From contig NW_027266297.1 of the NCBI RefSeq assembly GCF_022045235.1, forward strand, positions 72,416,001 through 72,480,000: a stretch of DNA of 64,000 nt, written 5' to 3'. A program made the position numbers and the translations under genes. The first letter of the stretch is position 1; every line of letters starts with the position of its first letter. A model generated the notes under the pieces. The model had not been told where the DNA came from, did no database searches, and saw only the letters and a list, made by a program, of their open reading frames with translations. The DNA is from Haliotis cracherodii. Lineage: Eukaryota. Below, piece after piece: positions 51,801-64,000 of the stretch.

Positions 51801-54800
51801 AGAGCAACAGTATTTTGAACTTGAGAAGAAATTGATCAACAGCAACAGTCAACTCGAGACTGAGACTGAGACAAGGAGTGGTCTACAGACACGCCTCACT
51901 GATATAGGTAACAATGCTGGTGATTAGTCTGGAATTAGTCTAACCGTGCTGTGGACGGTCAGGTAGCCTTGTGGTTAAGCATTGCTCGTCATGCCGATGA
52001 CCCGGGTTCAATTCCTGACATGGGTACAATGTGTGAAGCAGATGTCTGGTGTCCCCCGCCGTGATATTGCTGGAATATTTCTAAAATCGGCGTAAAACCA
52101 TACTGACTCAATCACTCTAACGTTGATGTATTTGGTATGGGAAGCCTATCCCCAAACGCCATTGAATATTTTATGATGCAGTACTGTGCAAACATATACA
52201 TTACATACAAGGTTGAATTCTGCATGGTGATCACCTAATAATGGATTACTTGGACGTAAAAAGAACCTATACTTTAGATGGTTTTACAGCATTCAGGTTG
52301 GTACAGTACCTATTTGTGGACCCATGAAGATCTGGCGTAGAAAAGGTCTTCAGCAACCCATACATGCCGTAAAAGGCTTCTATGCTTGTTATAAGGGGCG
52401 ACTAACAGGTCTGGCTCGCTGACTTGGTTGATTCATGTCATCGTATCCCAATTGCGTGGATCGATGGTCATGATGTCAATCACTTGATTGTCTGCTCCGG
52501 ACTTGATTATTTACAGACAGCTGTCATATAGCTGGAATAGTGCTGAGTGCGGCGTCAAGCTACAAACAAACAAACCTATTTGTGATGATTTATGTATTAT
52601 GCTCAATTTGGGGAATGTGTAGATCTTTGGGAAATCTGTGTGCGCACATTACTGGGATGTGATTGGTGGTGCTCGCAATGAGTAGGGTGGGCATCAGAAT
52701 GCAAACTAGCTGCCCCTAGCCCAACTGGCTACTGAAAATTCAGGTGTTAATATGCACAGTTTTCTCGTTTCTGTAGATCAATACAACCATCAAACATCCA
52801 ATCATTATCTGTAGCAAATCAAGTTGCAAGGTACAACCTGGGTTCACCACCTCATCATATTTGACTCTTGACTTGCAGTTTGGGTCTACTTTATTGATGC
52901 CTTCGTAGAATGAAATTTCTGGAAAAGTTAGCCGTTGCTGATTTAAGCTAACAAAAATTTAAACTGGCTATTAACTTTTAAGGCAAGCAAGCCCACCTGG
53001 CTAACAATACTCTGAGACTATGTCACACACTGGTAGGCAAAAATAGCATGAAATATTATTTCTAGCGAAAACATCACCATGTGCAATAAACATTTACTTG
53101 AAAATATTTCTGAATCGGAAAATGGCAAAATGCCACAATAGGAATAAATATCTCTAATCTCAGCTAGGGGCAGTCGGGTGGCCTGGTGGTTAAAGCGTTC
53201 GCTCGTCACGCTGAAGACCCGGGTTCGATTCCCGACATGGGCACATTGTGTGAAGCCCATTTCTGGTGTCCCCCGCCGTGATATTGCTGGAATATTGCTA
53301 AAAGCGGCGTAAAACCATACTCACTCACTAATCTCAGGTAGTATCAGCTAGTATCTAGTATCTAGTATCTGTAAAGATCTGGGCTGGAATATGTCTTCAG
53401 CAACCCATGCTTGCCATAAAAGGCGACTTTGCTTGTCGTAAGAGGGGACTAACGGGATCGGTTGGTCAGGCTTGTTTACTTGGTTGAAAAGGTCTTCAGC
53501 AACCCATGCATGCCGTAAAAGGCGGCTATGCTTGTCAAAAGGGGTGACTAACAGGTCCGAATCGCTGACTTGGTTGATGCATGTCATTGATCTCAATTGC
53601 ATGGATCGATGCTCATGCTGTCAATCACTGGATTGTCTGGTCTAGACTCCATTATTTTACATAGCTGGAATATTGCGGAGTGCAGACACTCAACAAACAA
53701 ACAAATAGTTTCTATGGCCTGAAACATGTTGCAGAAACCAAGTATGATGAGGCAAGTTCCAAACTCAAGACTCTTGAAACTTCCCACCAGTCCAGTGAAG
53801 CCACACAGGTGAGATTTGCTACGTTCCCTTGCTGGTTATAATGGTAATCTGCCTAATCATTTAAAAAATATGTTGTTGGTTTTTTTTCAATAATTTCATA
53901 ATGATGGCAAACAGGGTAGTTAATACCATAATAGCAGTATGTCTTTTACTTCAAACTCCAAACTAATATTTCCAAATAAACATGATAAAAGAGAAATGTG
54001 CTTGAACAAAGTTTCCAGTTTCTAAAAACAATTCACCCGAACACATCCGAGCATCACCATGGTCATGCAGCTAACAACTGGGTCACGCACATAATCCCAA
54101 GCACAGCGACCTTGCACGACCTGATGACATGTCCATCTCTCCCACATCATCCTCATTTGCATCGTCGCATAGTGGAGACATGTTTGTCAATATTGGGAAG
54201 ACATTTTAGTTTTCTTCTTGTGGTTTCACTACCGACTTAGGGTACCCCCATCTCTCCACTTCAAGGGGAATGGCCCTGCCTAGGTTGCTGACATACTTTT
54301 TCTGCCTCAGATGCACACGCTGTGATCGTCGCAGCATGTGCAGCCTTGACACACACTGTTCCAAATGTAAACACCGTTCAGAGGCGTTTCTTTTTTTGTC
54401 TACTTACACAAGTGTCATCAGCACGAAATGGACCATTGTTCAAAACCTCGAGATTCTTAGATACACCCACGGTTGTGTCTACACTGTCTCCAACACGACC
54501 AGCAAACCATCTGCCACAATTCCTGTTGCTGTTCAAACAAAATCCTCTTTGCCTGTGCTCTCCGTGGTCAAAAACGCGACAATTTGTTAGGCCTGGGACT
54601 TCTTCTACATCAGTGATGCCAGTTTCCTTGGATATTCGCATGGTCCTTTCCGCTCCTTCCAATGCTACTGTCACCACAAGTCCCGCTCTTGGTCAATTGT
54701 TCCTCCTCTCCTACAGGCATTCGCGATCCTCCCTGAATGTCGTTTCACCGCTGGTTCCACTTATGTTGCTCCACAGGGCTCGTTGTCTACTACTATTCGT

Positions 54801-57135
54801 GAGGATGAGGATCGATCTCACTCTTCACTCATGTCTTGCAGCCCTAGGGATGCCCATTCCACTGATCATCGCTCTCCTGTGATCCTCCCTTGATCATAAG
54901 CACCAGAATGTGTCTGGTGTAGTGGTAGAGTGTCCGCTCTGAGAGCAGGTCGGGGGTTCGATCCCCAGCCTGTCATACCAAAAGACATTAAAAGATGGTA
55001 TTTGTTGTTACACTGACTGGTGCTTGGCATCGAGGGGCTAAAACAAGGACTGATTTCCACCATCCTGTCCATGATGGAGGTCCTTTCATCTTCGCTGTCT
55101 CACAAATCTCAAGAAGATGCCTTTGTTCTCCTGATCGAAGATCCTCGAGGTGATCCTTGACCTCATCCTCATCCCTCATCATGTAGGTTTAAAGAATGCT
55201 TATACCAGGTCCTCTCGGAGTCTTTTGTATCCAGTAAGTGGCTCAAGACGTATAGACCTACTCCATCTTCAAGGTCAACATTTGGAGGATCGAGAGGACC
55301 ACTGGCATCCACAGTTAGTAGCAGAGACAGACAAGTGGTCGTTTCGTGCAAGGTCGCTGTGCACCAGATTATGTGCATGACCCAGTTGTTTTGTGCGTGA
55401 CCATGGTGATGCAGGGATGTGTTTGGGTTAATTGTTATTAGAAGCTGGAAACTTTGTTCAAGCAAGATTCTCTTTTATCATGTTTATTGTGAAATATTAA
55501 TTTGGATTTTTTAGAAGCAAAAAATGCATAGTGTGAGATATGATAAGTATATAAATATACACTTTACCAGAAAATTTGCAAGTTTTCTACATTTGAAATA
55601 TTAATGTTTACTATTCACTTGAAACCAAGAAGTTTTAAAAACAAAAAATGATGGACAATGTTATGTTTGCTGCCATTGATTATGTTTTCAATGAACGTTG
55701 TCAGGTGCACCTTGAGAATGTGCGGAAGCAGCTGGAGGCGGAGAAAAGAGAGCTGAACCTGGTGCTGGAGAAACGAAGCAAGGAGATCACCAGACTCAAC
55801 GGTCAGTAGGCAGCAGTCTAGCTCCACCTGCTGAAAAAATTCCCAAATTGGAATAAATGTGTTCAATAACTAGTGTTATGGCTTTTGCACAGTGGGGTAG
55901 CCTAGTGGTTAAAGCGCTCATTCATCACGCCAAAGACCCAGGTTAGATTCCCCACATGGGTACAGTGTGTGAAACCAATTTCTGGTGCCCCCTGTGGTAT
56001 TGCTGGAATATTGCTAAAAGCTGAGTAATACCGTACTCACTCACTTTTGCACAGGACCTATAAACAAGAAGAGGCAGTTTTACATTTTTTTCATTAAATG
56101 AATTTCAAAATTCTCCTTAAGTTTAATTTTAAGAAAGTCCCAATGTTGAAGAAAGTAATGTTTTAGCCCATTTTGAGTGCCAAGAACACTTAGTTTGGAA
56201 TCGTAGAAAAATCCCAGGTATGGTCACAGTCATCAGAGAAGAACAAATGGCTTAACCCAGCGAACTTGTTGGAGAATATTATCAATAAGTGACGTGTTGA
56301 ACACATAATGTTCACAATACATGCAGCAGTTTAATATCCTACTTCTTTATCTGACCAATCAACTTAAAGTATATCAAGAAAATGTGCTGAACTTGAAAGT
56401 TACTATACTAAAACTATCAACCTTTATTGAGAGTACAGGTTGTCTGCATGTCACTCTGCAGTTGCTCCCCTTTGCTGCCAGGATAAGCAGGTTGCATGTT
56501 TGAATCTAAGATTCCCTTGATTATGATCCTTGGTATGCTTGAGATGAATGTATGGGTTTAAGCGTTCCTACCATGTTGATATAGTTTACTTTCCTTGATA
56601 GAATTTAAAGACATCAGAGCAGCCTCATTCCTTTAGATGTATGTGGTTTACCTTTGCAGGCTCTGATCCCATGGTTCATGTTGTAGTGCCTGATAGGATG
56701 TTTTGTGTGTGGGTATGAAAGGGCCTAACACATGGAATAGTTGTACATGCCCCCGACCTATATGCTTCCAAAATAGTTGCATCCGAATCAGCTCTCTGCC
56801 CCGGATATGCTACCTTCGTCACAGGACCTCATTGTAATCTGGCATGTTTCCGATGAATTGAAAGGTTTCACTGTCAAGGTTGCTGTTGTCATGTTTCAAA
56901 TGAATTGAAAGTTTTCACTGACAAGGTTGCTGCTGTCATGTTTCAGATGAATTGAAAGTTTTCACTGACAAGGTTGCTGTTGTCATGTTTCAGATGAATT
57001 GAAAGTTTTCACTGACAAGAACGCTGCTTTAAGCCAGGAGAAGTGTGAGATCCAGGCCAAGCTTGGGGGGCTTCAGTCACAAGAAGTGTCCCGAGAGGTG
57101 GGTTGGTTGCACATGTGGCACTGCTCACGTTACTG

Positions 57136-57166
<31 letters not shown>

Positions 57167-60100
57167 AGCAGGTTGATTCCAAACACTTTAACACAGACTT
57201 TGAGTATGGCTATGTTATTATTTTATTCAACGTTAATAACAAACAAATTATTGATAATCTGGTTTTCTTGATGATTTGTGGCGGTGGGGTAGCCTAGTGG
57301 TTAAAGCGTTCGCTCGTCACGCGAGACCCGGGTTCGATTGCCCATATGGATACAATGTGTAAAGATCCGGTGTAGAATAGGTCTTCAGTAACCCATGCTT
57401 GCCGTAAAAGGCGACTATGCTTGTTGTAGGTGGTGACTAATGGGATTGGGTGGTCAGGCTCACTGACTTGGTTGATGCATGTCATTGTATCCCAATTGCA
57501 TGGATTGATGCTCATGATGTCAATCACTGGATTGTCTGGTGCAGACTCGATTATTTACATACCGCTGTCATATAACTGGAATATTGCTGAGTGAGGCATT
57601 CAACAAACAGAAGAAAAACAACAACAAAACAATGTGTGAAGCCAATTTCTGGTGTCCCCTGCCGTGATATTGCTGGACTATTGCTAAAAGCGGGGTAAAG
57701 CCATACTCACTCTCTCTTGATTTGTTTACAGTACCGTGAGAAGCGACTTGTTCAAGAGAAGGAGCACATGCAGAAGCAGATGGACTGGCTGAATGGGGAG
57801 CTGAAGAGCAAGACGAATGACCTGATCAATGTCAAGAAGGAGAGGGTAACTACAGTGTTGCTTGTCTCCAGTGTTGTGTGAATAATCATGTCCCCATGGC
57901 CTCAGTGTGCCAGAAGCCCTTGGGAATTCTGCAGCAGATCGGGTCCCTGTACCCCCTGCCTGGATGGTCACAAGATGTGTGGACCCGTGAATACCTGGGT
58001 TAGAATAGGTCCCCAGCAACTCATGCGTGGTGTAAGAGTCAACTATGCTTGACGCAAGAGGCGACTATCAGGATCGGGTGGTCGCACTTGCTGACTTCTT
58101 TGATGCATGTCATTGTATTGATGCTCAAGATGTCAATCACTGGATTGTCTGTCGTCATATAGCTGGAATATTGCTGAGTGCGACATTAAACAACAAATAA
58201 ACAAAACAAACTTGACAAACTATGAGCTGGGTAGATGTGTGTGGTCAGGATCAAGTAGCAGAAGGTGCTTAGCCAAAATGGATTAAGTAAACTCCCAAGT
58301 TTTATTTTGTATCAGTATTTTACCTGAGAGTTTTGATGAACTCATCATGTATTTGCATGGAAGCCCTGTCTGCTGGCAGGTGTGTGTTGGAGGGTAGTTG
58401 GGGGGTTGTTTCAAGGAATCTGTGGTTCATGTTGTGTGTTTCCCCTACAGGCCAGCAAGCTCCTGGACGTGCAGTCGAAGCTGGACGAGAAAGTGGAGGA
58501 GGTGAGGACATAACTAACAGTTTGTTGAAAAAAAGATCAAATCTCTTATTTATTTAAAAGTCAGAGCACAATAATCCTGAGTACGACATTATACTTCATT
58601 TCACCTTTTATTGAAAATTCAATTCCAGAAAAGATGTATTCCATTCTCCAGTATTGTTCGGTTGTGTAAATACTTAAGAACTGTACATTCGTGACTTTTC
58701 TCCTGTTTCAGCTGAATCACTTGCAGCTATCCCTTGATTCTCTGAAGAAGTCCAAGGAGGAACAGGCACTGAGAATTGATTTCCTCATTCAGAAAGTCAA
58801 GGATGTAAGTTGTTTATGTTTATTATTTCCCATGAGTTCCCAAGATAGCTGTTTATATTTTTATAATACTGATACTCACTCAAGCTCCACATGCACTCCC
58901 ACATACACCTCCACATGCACCCCCACATACACCCCGGAAAACACCTCCACATGCACCCCCACATACACCCCCACATACACCTCCACATGCACCCCCACAT
59001 GCACCCCCACATGCACCTCCACATACACCTCCACATGCACCCCCACATGCACCCCCCACATACACCCCAATCTACCCCTACTCCCCAAACTACCCTCACA
59101 CCTACTACTACCCCCATCCCACCATCGGCCTATCATTCTGTCACCACTCGCTCACCAACTCCTCCCATATTACAGACCCGTGACGCTCAGACCCAATCAG
59201 ACGAACAGTTCCGCCAGGAGATAGCTGCTCAGGGGAAACTGGTGCAGTTGTACAAGGTAAGAGTCTCTTTATCCATCTATTACAAGGGTTAGGTTGTTAT
59301 ACATGTTTATCCCTGGTGTGACAAATGACTAAATTCTGGATGTTAACTATTGACGGCCTTGATGTGTCACAGATACAGGTGAACCCCACCACTCACTCTC
59401 TCTCTCATTGTTTTGTATCTCTAGACGTCGTCCGAGGAGGGTGATGCGAAAGTGACGGAGTTGACGCGGGCGGTGGAGGAGCTGCAGAAGCTCCTGAAGG
59501 AAGCCTCCGATGGTAGGTCAGGGCTCTAAATTAACTGTATTTTGCGTGCCATCTCACGCCTAAAATGAAAATGGCACGGCTAAATCGTGATCTTCGTGCC
59601 TCGATGGCACACTTGGAAAATAGGAATTAATAACCTACCTTTGCCATGTAAGGCATATTTTTAATGATAAATATCAATCTCGTCAGCAGTAAATGAACTC
59701 TTTCTACACCGTAGGCCGGTTTTCCGGCCAAGAAGCATCGAGTCCCCAGACACCGTAGGCCGGTTAACTGGCCAAGCCGTAGTCACGTCAAAATAGTATA
59801 TATTTTTATGGACCTACCTGTAATATCATTCATTTATTAAATCTATCACATTTCACAATGTATGAAATACCTATTCCATTTCAATTAATCATTTTTTATC
59901 GATAAATTAAAAAATTATTCACTTTTTCCCGCGATGTTATTGAAAATAAAATTCTCGGACACACATTTCGACAACGGGTCCACATCGAACATGTCAAAGA
60001 GCAAAATAAAGACGTTTTATACAAATCTTTAAATACATTATACAAAGTAATAAATAAAATCAACAAAAATATATCTAAAAGTAATCAAACTTACATCTAA

Positions 60101-63100
60101 GTTATTATTTCCATCTTTTCGTGCGATCGCGTGTAATGTAAGTCAAATGACATCTCGGCTTTCATTGCCTTGAATTCTCTGCTCGGACACGATGTTTAAT
60201 GTAAAAATATATGCATGAAAAATCTTTGTCACAGCTGGTAACCTAGCACGATACATTCACGAAGTTCCATATTTATAATATATATCGTGATTTCCTGCTT
60301 AAAACATTCAGAATAACACGATTTAACAAAAATCCTTCGCCAACTTCTGAAATTTATCAAACACGAGCTTGGTATCACAGCTGTAATTTGATTGGCTGCC
60401 TCATGTCACGTGCTCAAAATTGACCAATCACGAAACTTGTAGCAGATTTCGGCATTATTAGCCATTATTAGATTGTTGTTGCTGAAGTGACTCTTGCAGT
60501 GTGTCTTGATTCATGTAAACATGCTCTGCAGAGGCAGCCATGACTGTTGAAGAATGTTTGGAATCGGTGTGTAAATGACTTGTATGCTTCTTTCAGCCCA
60601 TTCCAAGCTGGAGGGAGAGCAGAATCAGATTGAAGATGGCTTCAGGGATCAGTTGAAAGCTAAAGGTGACATCGGGTTCTGAAACATGTTCAAGCGTGTC
60701 AGGGCAAAGGGTGCTCATGATGACTAAATGTGTGAAGTGTGTTCAGCCATTGTTTACAGCCAAGTGATAATTCAGTCTGCTTCTTTCAAATTTGGATCAC
60801 AGAAACTTCAATTCTTAAGTAATATTGGGTGCCCACTGTAGCTATTGAGATTGCTGTGTTACCTGTACATAGGTTCAATATGGCAGACAATGTTGTAAAA
60901 CCCTAATGTCCAATATCCCCTCCTGGAAAAACGTTTCTCAAAGTCCTTTGATTGCAATGTACGAGTATTTCTATATTGATATATTTGATCATTTCATCAA
61001 GAATTAATAGGCAGAAGGATTGTTGCATAAAACCTAACAGGGGACGCATAAAGCCACATATACCCCAAGGGATATTTCTATAGCAAATTTATCTTGTACA
61101 TGTTCAATCTGTCTTTGAAAAGGAAGATCATCTAATTAAAGACTGATAGAAAACAGCTGTTTGATTGAGCTGAGGTTATCATGTGCTGTTTCGCAAGACT
61201 TTCATTGACTTGTAAACAACGTGCAGCTTTTTGCATCATCGGCGGTGCATGAGATTTATTCTCCCCCTTAGAAATTTATTTCCCTCCCGAGCAGATACGC
61301 AGTATTTTATCAAGAATACATGAACCAATCAGATCTCAACCTTCTGACATGGAGTTAAGATAACAAGTTATTCTGGTTGCAGATGTGAAGACAGGGAAAC
61401 TGGAGCAAGAGCTGAAGAACGCCAATGAGCTGCTTGTCGCCGTGAAAGCCAAAGGTAGGTAACTCTGCATCTGTATAGCTGTCGCTTCAAACTTTCTTTG
61501 GTAATCGATGAGGGCTACCATCTTGTTCTGGTTTCTGGGAAAGTGCTACTTGGATGTCATTAGGAATAAATAGAAGTAGATATTCTGTTTAGAATTCACA
61601 GTTATGCCATTTCTACACATTGTACAATTTCTACACACTCTACCATTTCAACACTCTACCATTTCTACACGTTGTACCATTTCTACACACTCTACCATTT
61701 CTATACATTGTACCATTTCTACACACTCTACCATTTCTACGGATTGTACTATTTCTACACACTCTACCATTTCTACACATTGTACTATTTCTACACACTC
61801 TACCATTTCTACACATTGTACCATTTCTACACACTCTACCATTTCTACACACTCTACCATTTCTACACATTGTACCATTTCTACACACTCTACCATTTTT
61901 ACACTCTACCATTTCTACACACTACCATTTCTACACTCTACCATTTCTACACATTGTACCATTTCTACACATTGTACCATTTCTACAACTCTACCATTTC
62001 TACGGATTGTACTATTTCTACACACTCTACCATTTCTACACACTCTACCATTTCTACACATTGTACCATTTCTACACACTCTACCATTTCTACACATTGT
62101 ACCATTTCTACACACTCTACCATTTCTACACATTGTACAATCTCTACAAACTCTATCATTTCTACACACTCTACCATTTCTACACATTGTACCATTTCTA
62201 CACACTCTACCATTTCTACACATTGTACCATTTCTACACACTCTACCATTTCTACACACTCTACCATTTCTACACATTGTACCATTTCTACACACTCGAC
62301 CATTTCTACACATTGTACCATTTCTACACACTCTACCATTTCTACACACTCTACCATTTCTACACATTGTACCATTTCTACACACTCTACCATTTCTACA
62401 TACTCTACCATTTCTACACTCTCTATCATTTCTACACTATCTTTTTACACACTCTACCATTTCTACACATTGTACCATTTCTACACACTCTATCATTTCT
62501 ACACTCTCTATCATTTCTACACTCTCTATCATTTCTACACTCTCTATCATTTCTACACTCTCTATCATTTCTACACTCTCTACCATTTCTACACACTCTA
62601 TCATTTCTACACTCTCTATCATTTTTACACTCTCTATCATTTCTACACACTCTATCATTTCTACACTCTCTATCATTTCTACACTCTCTATCATTTCTAC
62701 ACTCTATCATTTCTACACTCTCTACCATTTCTACACACTCTATCATTTCTACACTCTCTATCATTTCTACACTCTCTATCATTTCTACACTCTCTATCAT
62801 TTCTACACTCTCTACCATTTCTACACACTCTATCATTTCTACACTCTCTATCATTTCTACACTCTCTATCATTTCTACACACTCTATCATTTCTACACTC
62901 TCTATCATTTCTACACTCTCTATCATTTCTACACTCTCTATCATTTCTACACTCTCTATCATTTCTACACTCTCTACCATTTCTACACACTCTATCATTT
63001 CTACACTCTCTATCATTTCTACACTCTCTACCATTTCTACACACTCTGCCATGTCTACACTCTACTATCACTACACACTCTACCATTTCCTTGTATACAT

Positions 63101-63296
63101 ATCCTTATGCCTGTGGTTTACAGGTGTACTGATATGTATATATATATATATGTGTAGGACATACCTGAGTTTGTATGTAAAATATCGTCTACCCCATGCA
63201 GGTGCTGCCAAACTCAGCGATGAAGCGATAGAAGCCTTGTCACCATCCGCAGCTGCAACATCCAAAATACTCAAGTCGGGCATGACCCTCACACAG
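48819..63296 (+). CDS. TPR: Nucleoprotein TPR (nuclear basket coiled-coil), first 13 coding exons: 48819-48975, 51803-51907, 53735-53808, 55705-55801, 56994-57097, 57732-57845, 58451-58501, 58712-58804, 59176-59256, 59425-59512, 60597-60665, 61383-61454, 63202-63296; continues past the window
   Basis: In-phase GT-AG exons encode a heptad-rich protein with TPR-like segments: NSEQQYFELEKKL, YREKRLVQEKE...WLNGEL, LVQLYK, ELTRAVEELQKLLKEA, ELKNANELL, LSDEAIEALSPSAAATSKILKSGMTLTQ. Confidence 0.93.
50363..50727. mobile_element. hAT-type non-autonomous element
   Basis: AGGGCTGGC...GCCAGCCCT termini; 8-bp TSD ATAAAAAT/TTAAAAAT. Confidence 0.65.
53167..53328 (+). mobile_element. tRNA-derived SINE family A (~160 bp), representative copy. 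Others at ~12460-12616, 14688-14813, 21514-21680, 51103-51210, 51952-52116, 55892-56045, 57280-57717
   Basis: A-box GTAGCCTAGTGG, B-box GGTTCGATTCC, shared body, tail GCTGGAATATTGCTAAAAGCGGCGTAAAACCATACTCACTCACT. Confidence 0.85.
53945..55525 (+). mobile_element. Relic element with ~200 bp imperfect inverted termini, probably DIRS-like
   Basis: 53945-54135 is the reverse complement of 55330-55525. The interior has a Cys/His remnant (CLRCTRCDRRSMCSLDTHCSKC) followed by Ser/Pro/Arg-rich decayed sequence. Confidence 0.55.
54912..55055 (+). mobile_element. Fragment of a fourth tRNA-headed SINE (Meta/MESC-like central domain)
   Basis: GGTGTAGTGGTAGAGTG...GGTTCGATCCC followed by GTCATACCAAAAGACATTAAAAGATGGTATTTGTTG. 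Confidence 0.55.
56843..57019. repeat. 47-bp tandem repeat x4 spanning the TPR exon-5 acceptor
   Basis: CATGTTTC(CG/AA/AG/AG)ATGAATTGAAAGTTTTCACTGACAAG. Confidence 0.93.
57280..57717 (+). mobile_element. Family A SINE with a nested family B retroposon (57361-57628)
   Basis: Outer TSD TGATTTGT (57272-57279 and 57718-57725); inner TSD ACAATGTGT (57352-57360 and 57629-57637). Confidence 0.85.
58883..59068. repeat. 12-bp minisatellite
   Basis: C(C/T)CCACAT(G/A)CAC units. Confidence 0.92.
61606..63090. repeat. 19-bp minisatellite, ~78 copies
   Basis: CTCTA(C/T)CATTTCTACAC(A/T) units with CATTGTAC variants. Confidence 0.97.
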
Positions 63297-63404
63297 GTGG
63301 GTGCCGCTGTCAGGATAGTTACACACCTTCACGCTGTCCCTCGGGCAGCACCTGAGTTATGTATACAGAACAGTTGTACTGTGCCACCTCAGTATGTATA
63401 GAGG

Positions 63405-63860
63405 ACAGTTAGGCCTGGACTGGCCTCGAGTATGGTAGAGATATACTGTCCGGCTACTCCAGACTACTTCAGTTATCCATACAACACAGTCAGGCCTGGA
63501 CTGGCCTCAAGTATGGTAGAGATATACTGTCCGGCTAGTCCAGACTACTTCAGTTATCCATACAACACAGTCAGGCCTGGACTGGCCTCAAGTATGGTAT
63601 AGATATACTGTCTGGCTAGTCCAAACTACTTCAGTTATCCATACAATACTGTCAGGCTTGGCCTGGCCTCAAGTTTTGTCTTAGATATGTAGTCAGGCTA
63701 GTGCAAGTAATTTCAGTTATCCATACAGTATTGATAGATATACAGTTAGTCTTGGCCTGACCTCAGGTGTGGTATAATTATGGTGTTGGGATGATGCAAC
63801 TTCAGTTATCCATACAATACAGTTGTGCTTGTACTGACATGTTAGTTTCAGTTATCCATA
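63405..63860. repeat. ~84-bp tandem repeat decaying 3'-ward
   Basis: CAGGCCTGGACTGGCCTCAAGTATGGTAGAGATATACTGTCCGGCTAGTCCAGACTACTTCAGTTATCCATACAAC. Confidence 0.88.
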
Positions 63861-64000
63861 CTATGATATATAACAGTACCAGGTTTGTTGCGAAATGGGG
63901 ACTGCCAGACTGACATTTCCATTCCATGTTGTAATCATCTGCAACTGGTAGTGTACACTAATGAAGCTTTCAAATTCCACCATTGAGCTGACAGGATATC

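Noticed and set aside
58805-59175. His/Pro- or Thr/Pro-rich ORFs running through TPR intron 8
   Set aside because: 12-bp repeat artefact; the 371-nt intron has canonical sites and retention would frameshift.
61604-63401. 500-600 aa ORFs
   Set aside because: Products of the 19-bp array; only 63202-63296 is a real TPR exon.

Overview
Eukaryotic, intron-rich animal DNA; the repeat style suggests a mollusc, possibly a gastropod such as abalone (inference). Four protein-coding genes were reconstructed by hand from GT-AG boundaries with consistent phases. (1) The last three coding exons of a Syd-1/RhoGAP100F/SYDE-type RhoGAP (+, 117-9702). (2,3) Two intact tandem D-amino-acid/D-aspartate oxidase paralogues on the minus strand (19211-25324, 335 aa, ends SKL; 37367-47870, 338 aa, ends AKL), each with 10 coding exons in the same phases. 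(4) The first 13 coding exons of nucleoprotein TPR (+, from 48819), head-to-head with the second oxidase. The rest holds four Tc1/mariner relics clustered between the oxidases, several MITEs, four SINE-like families, a DIRS-like relic and about 15 minisatellites. The most striking pattern is tandem arrays built from, or starting at, the host gene's own splice donors, acceptors or stop codon. Other highlights are a retroposon family with a sharply defined structured non-tRNA 5' end, a SINE tail that appears to have replaced a TPR branch point, and divergent active-site residues in the two oxidases. Exon coordinates were counted manually; repeat boundaries are approximate.
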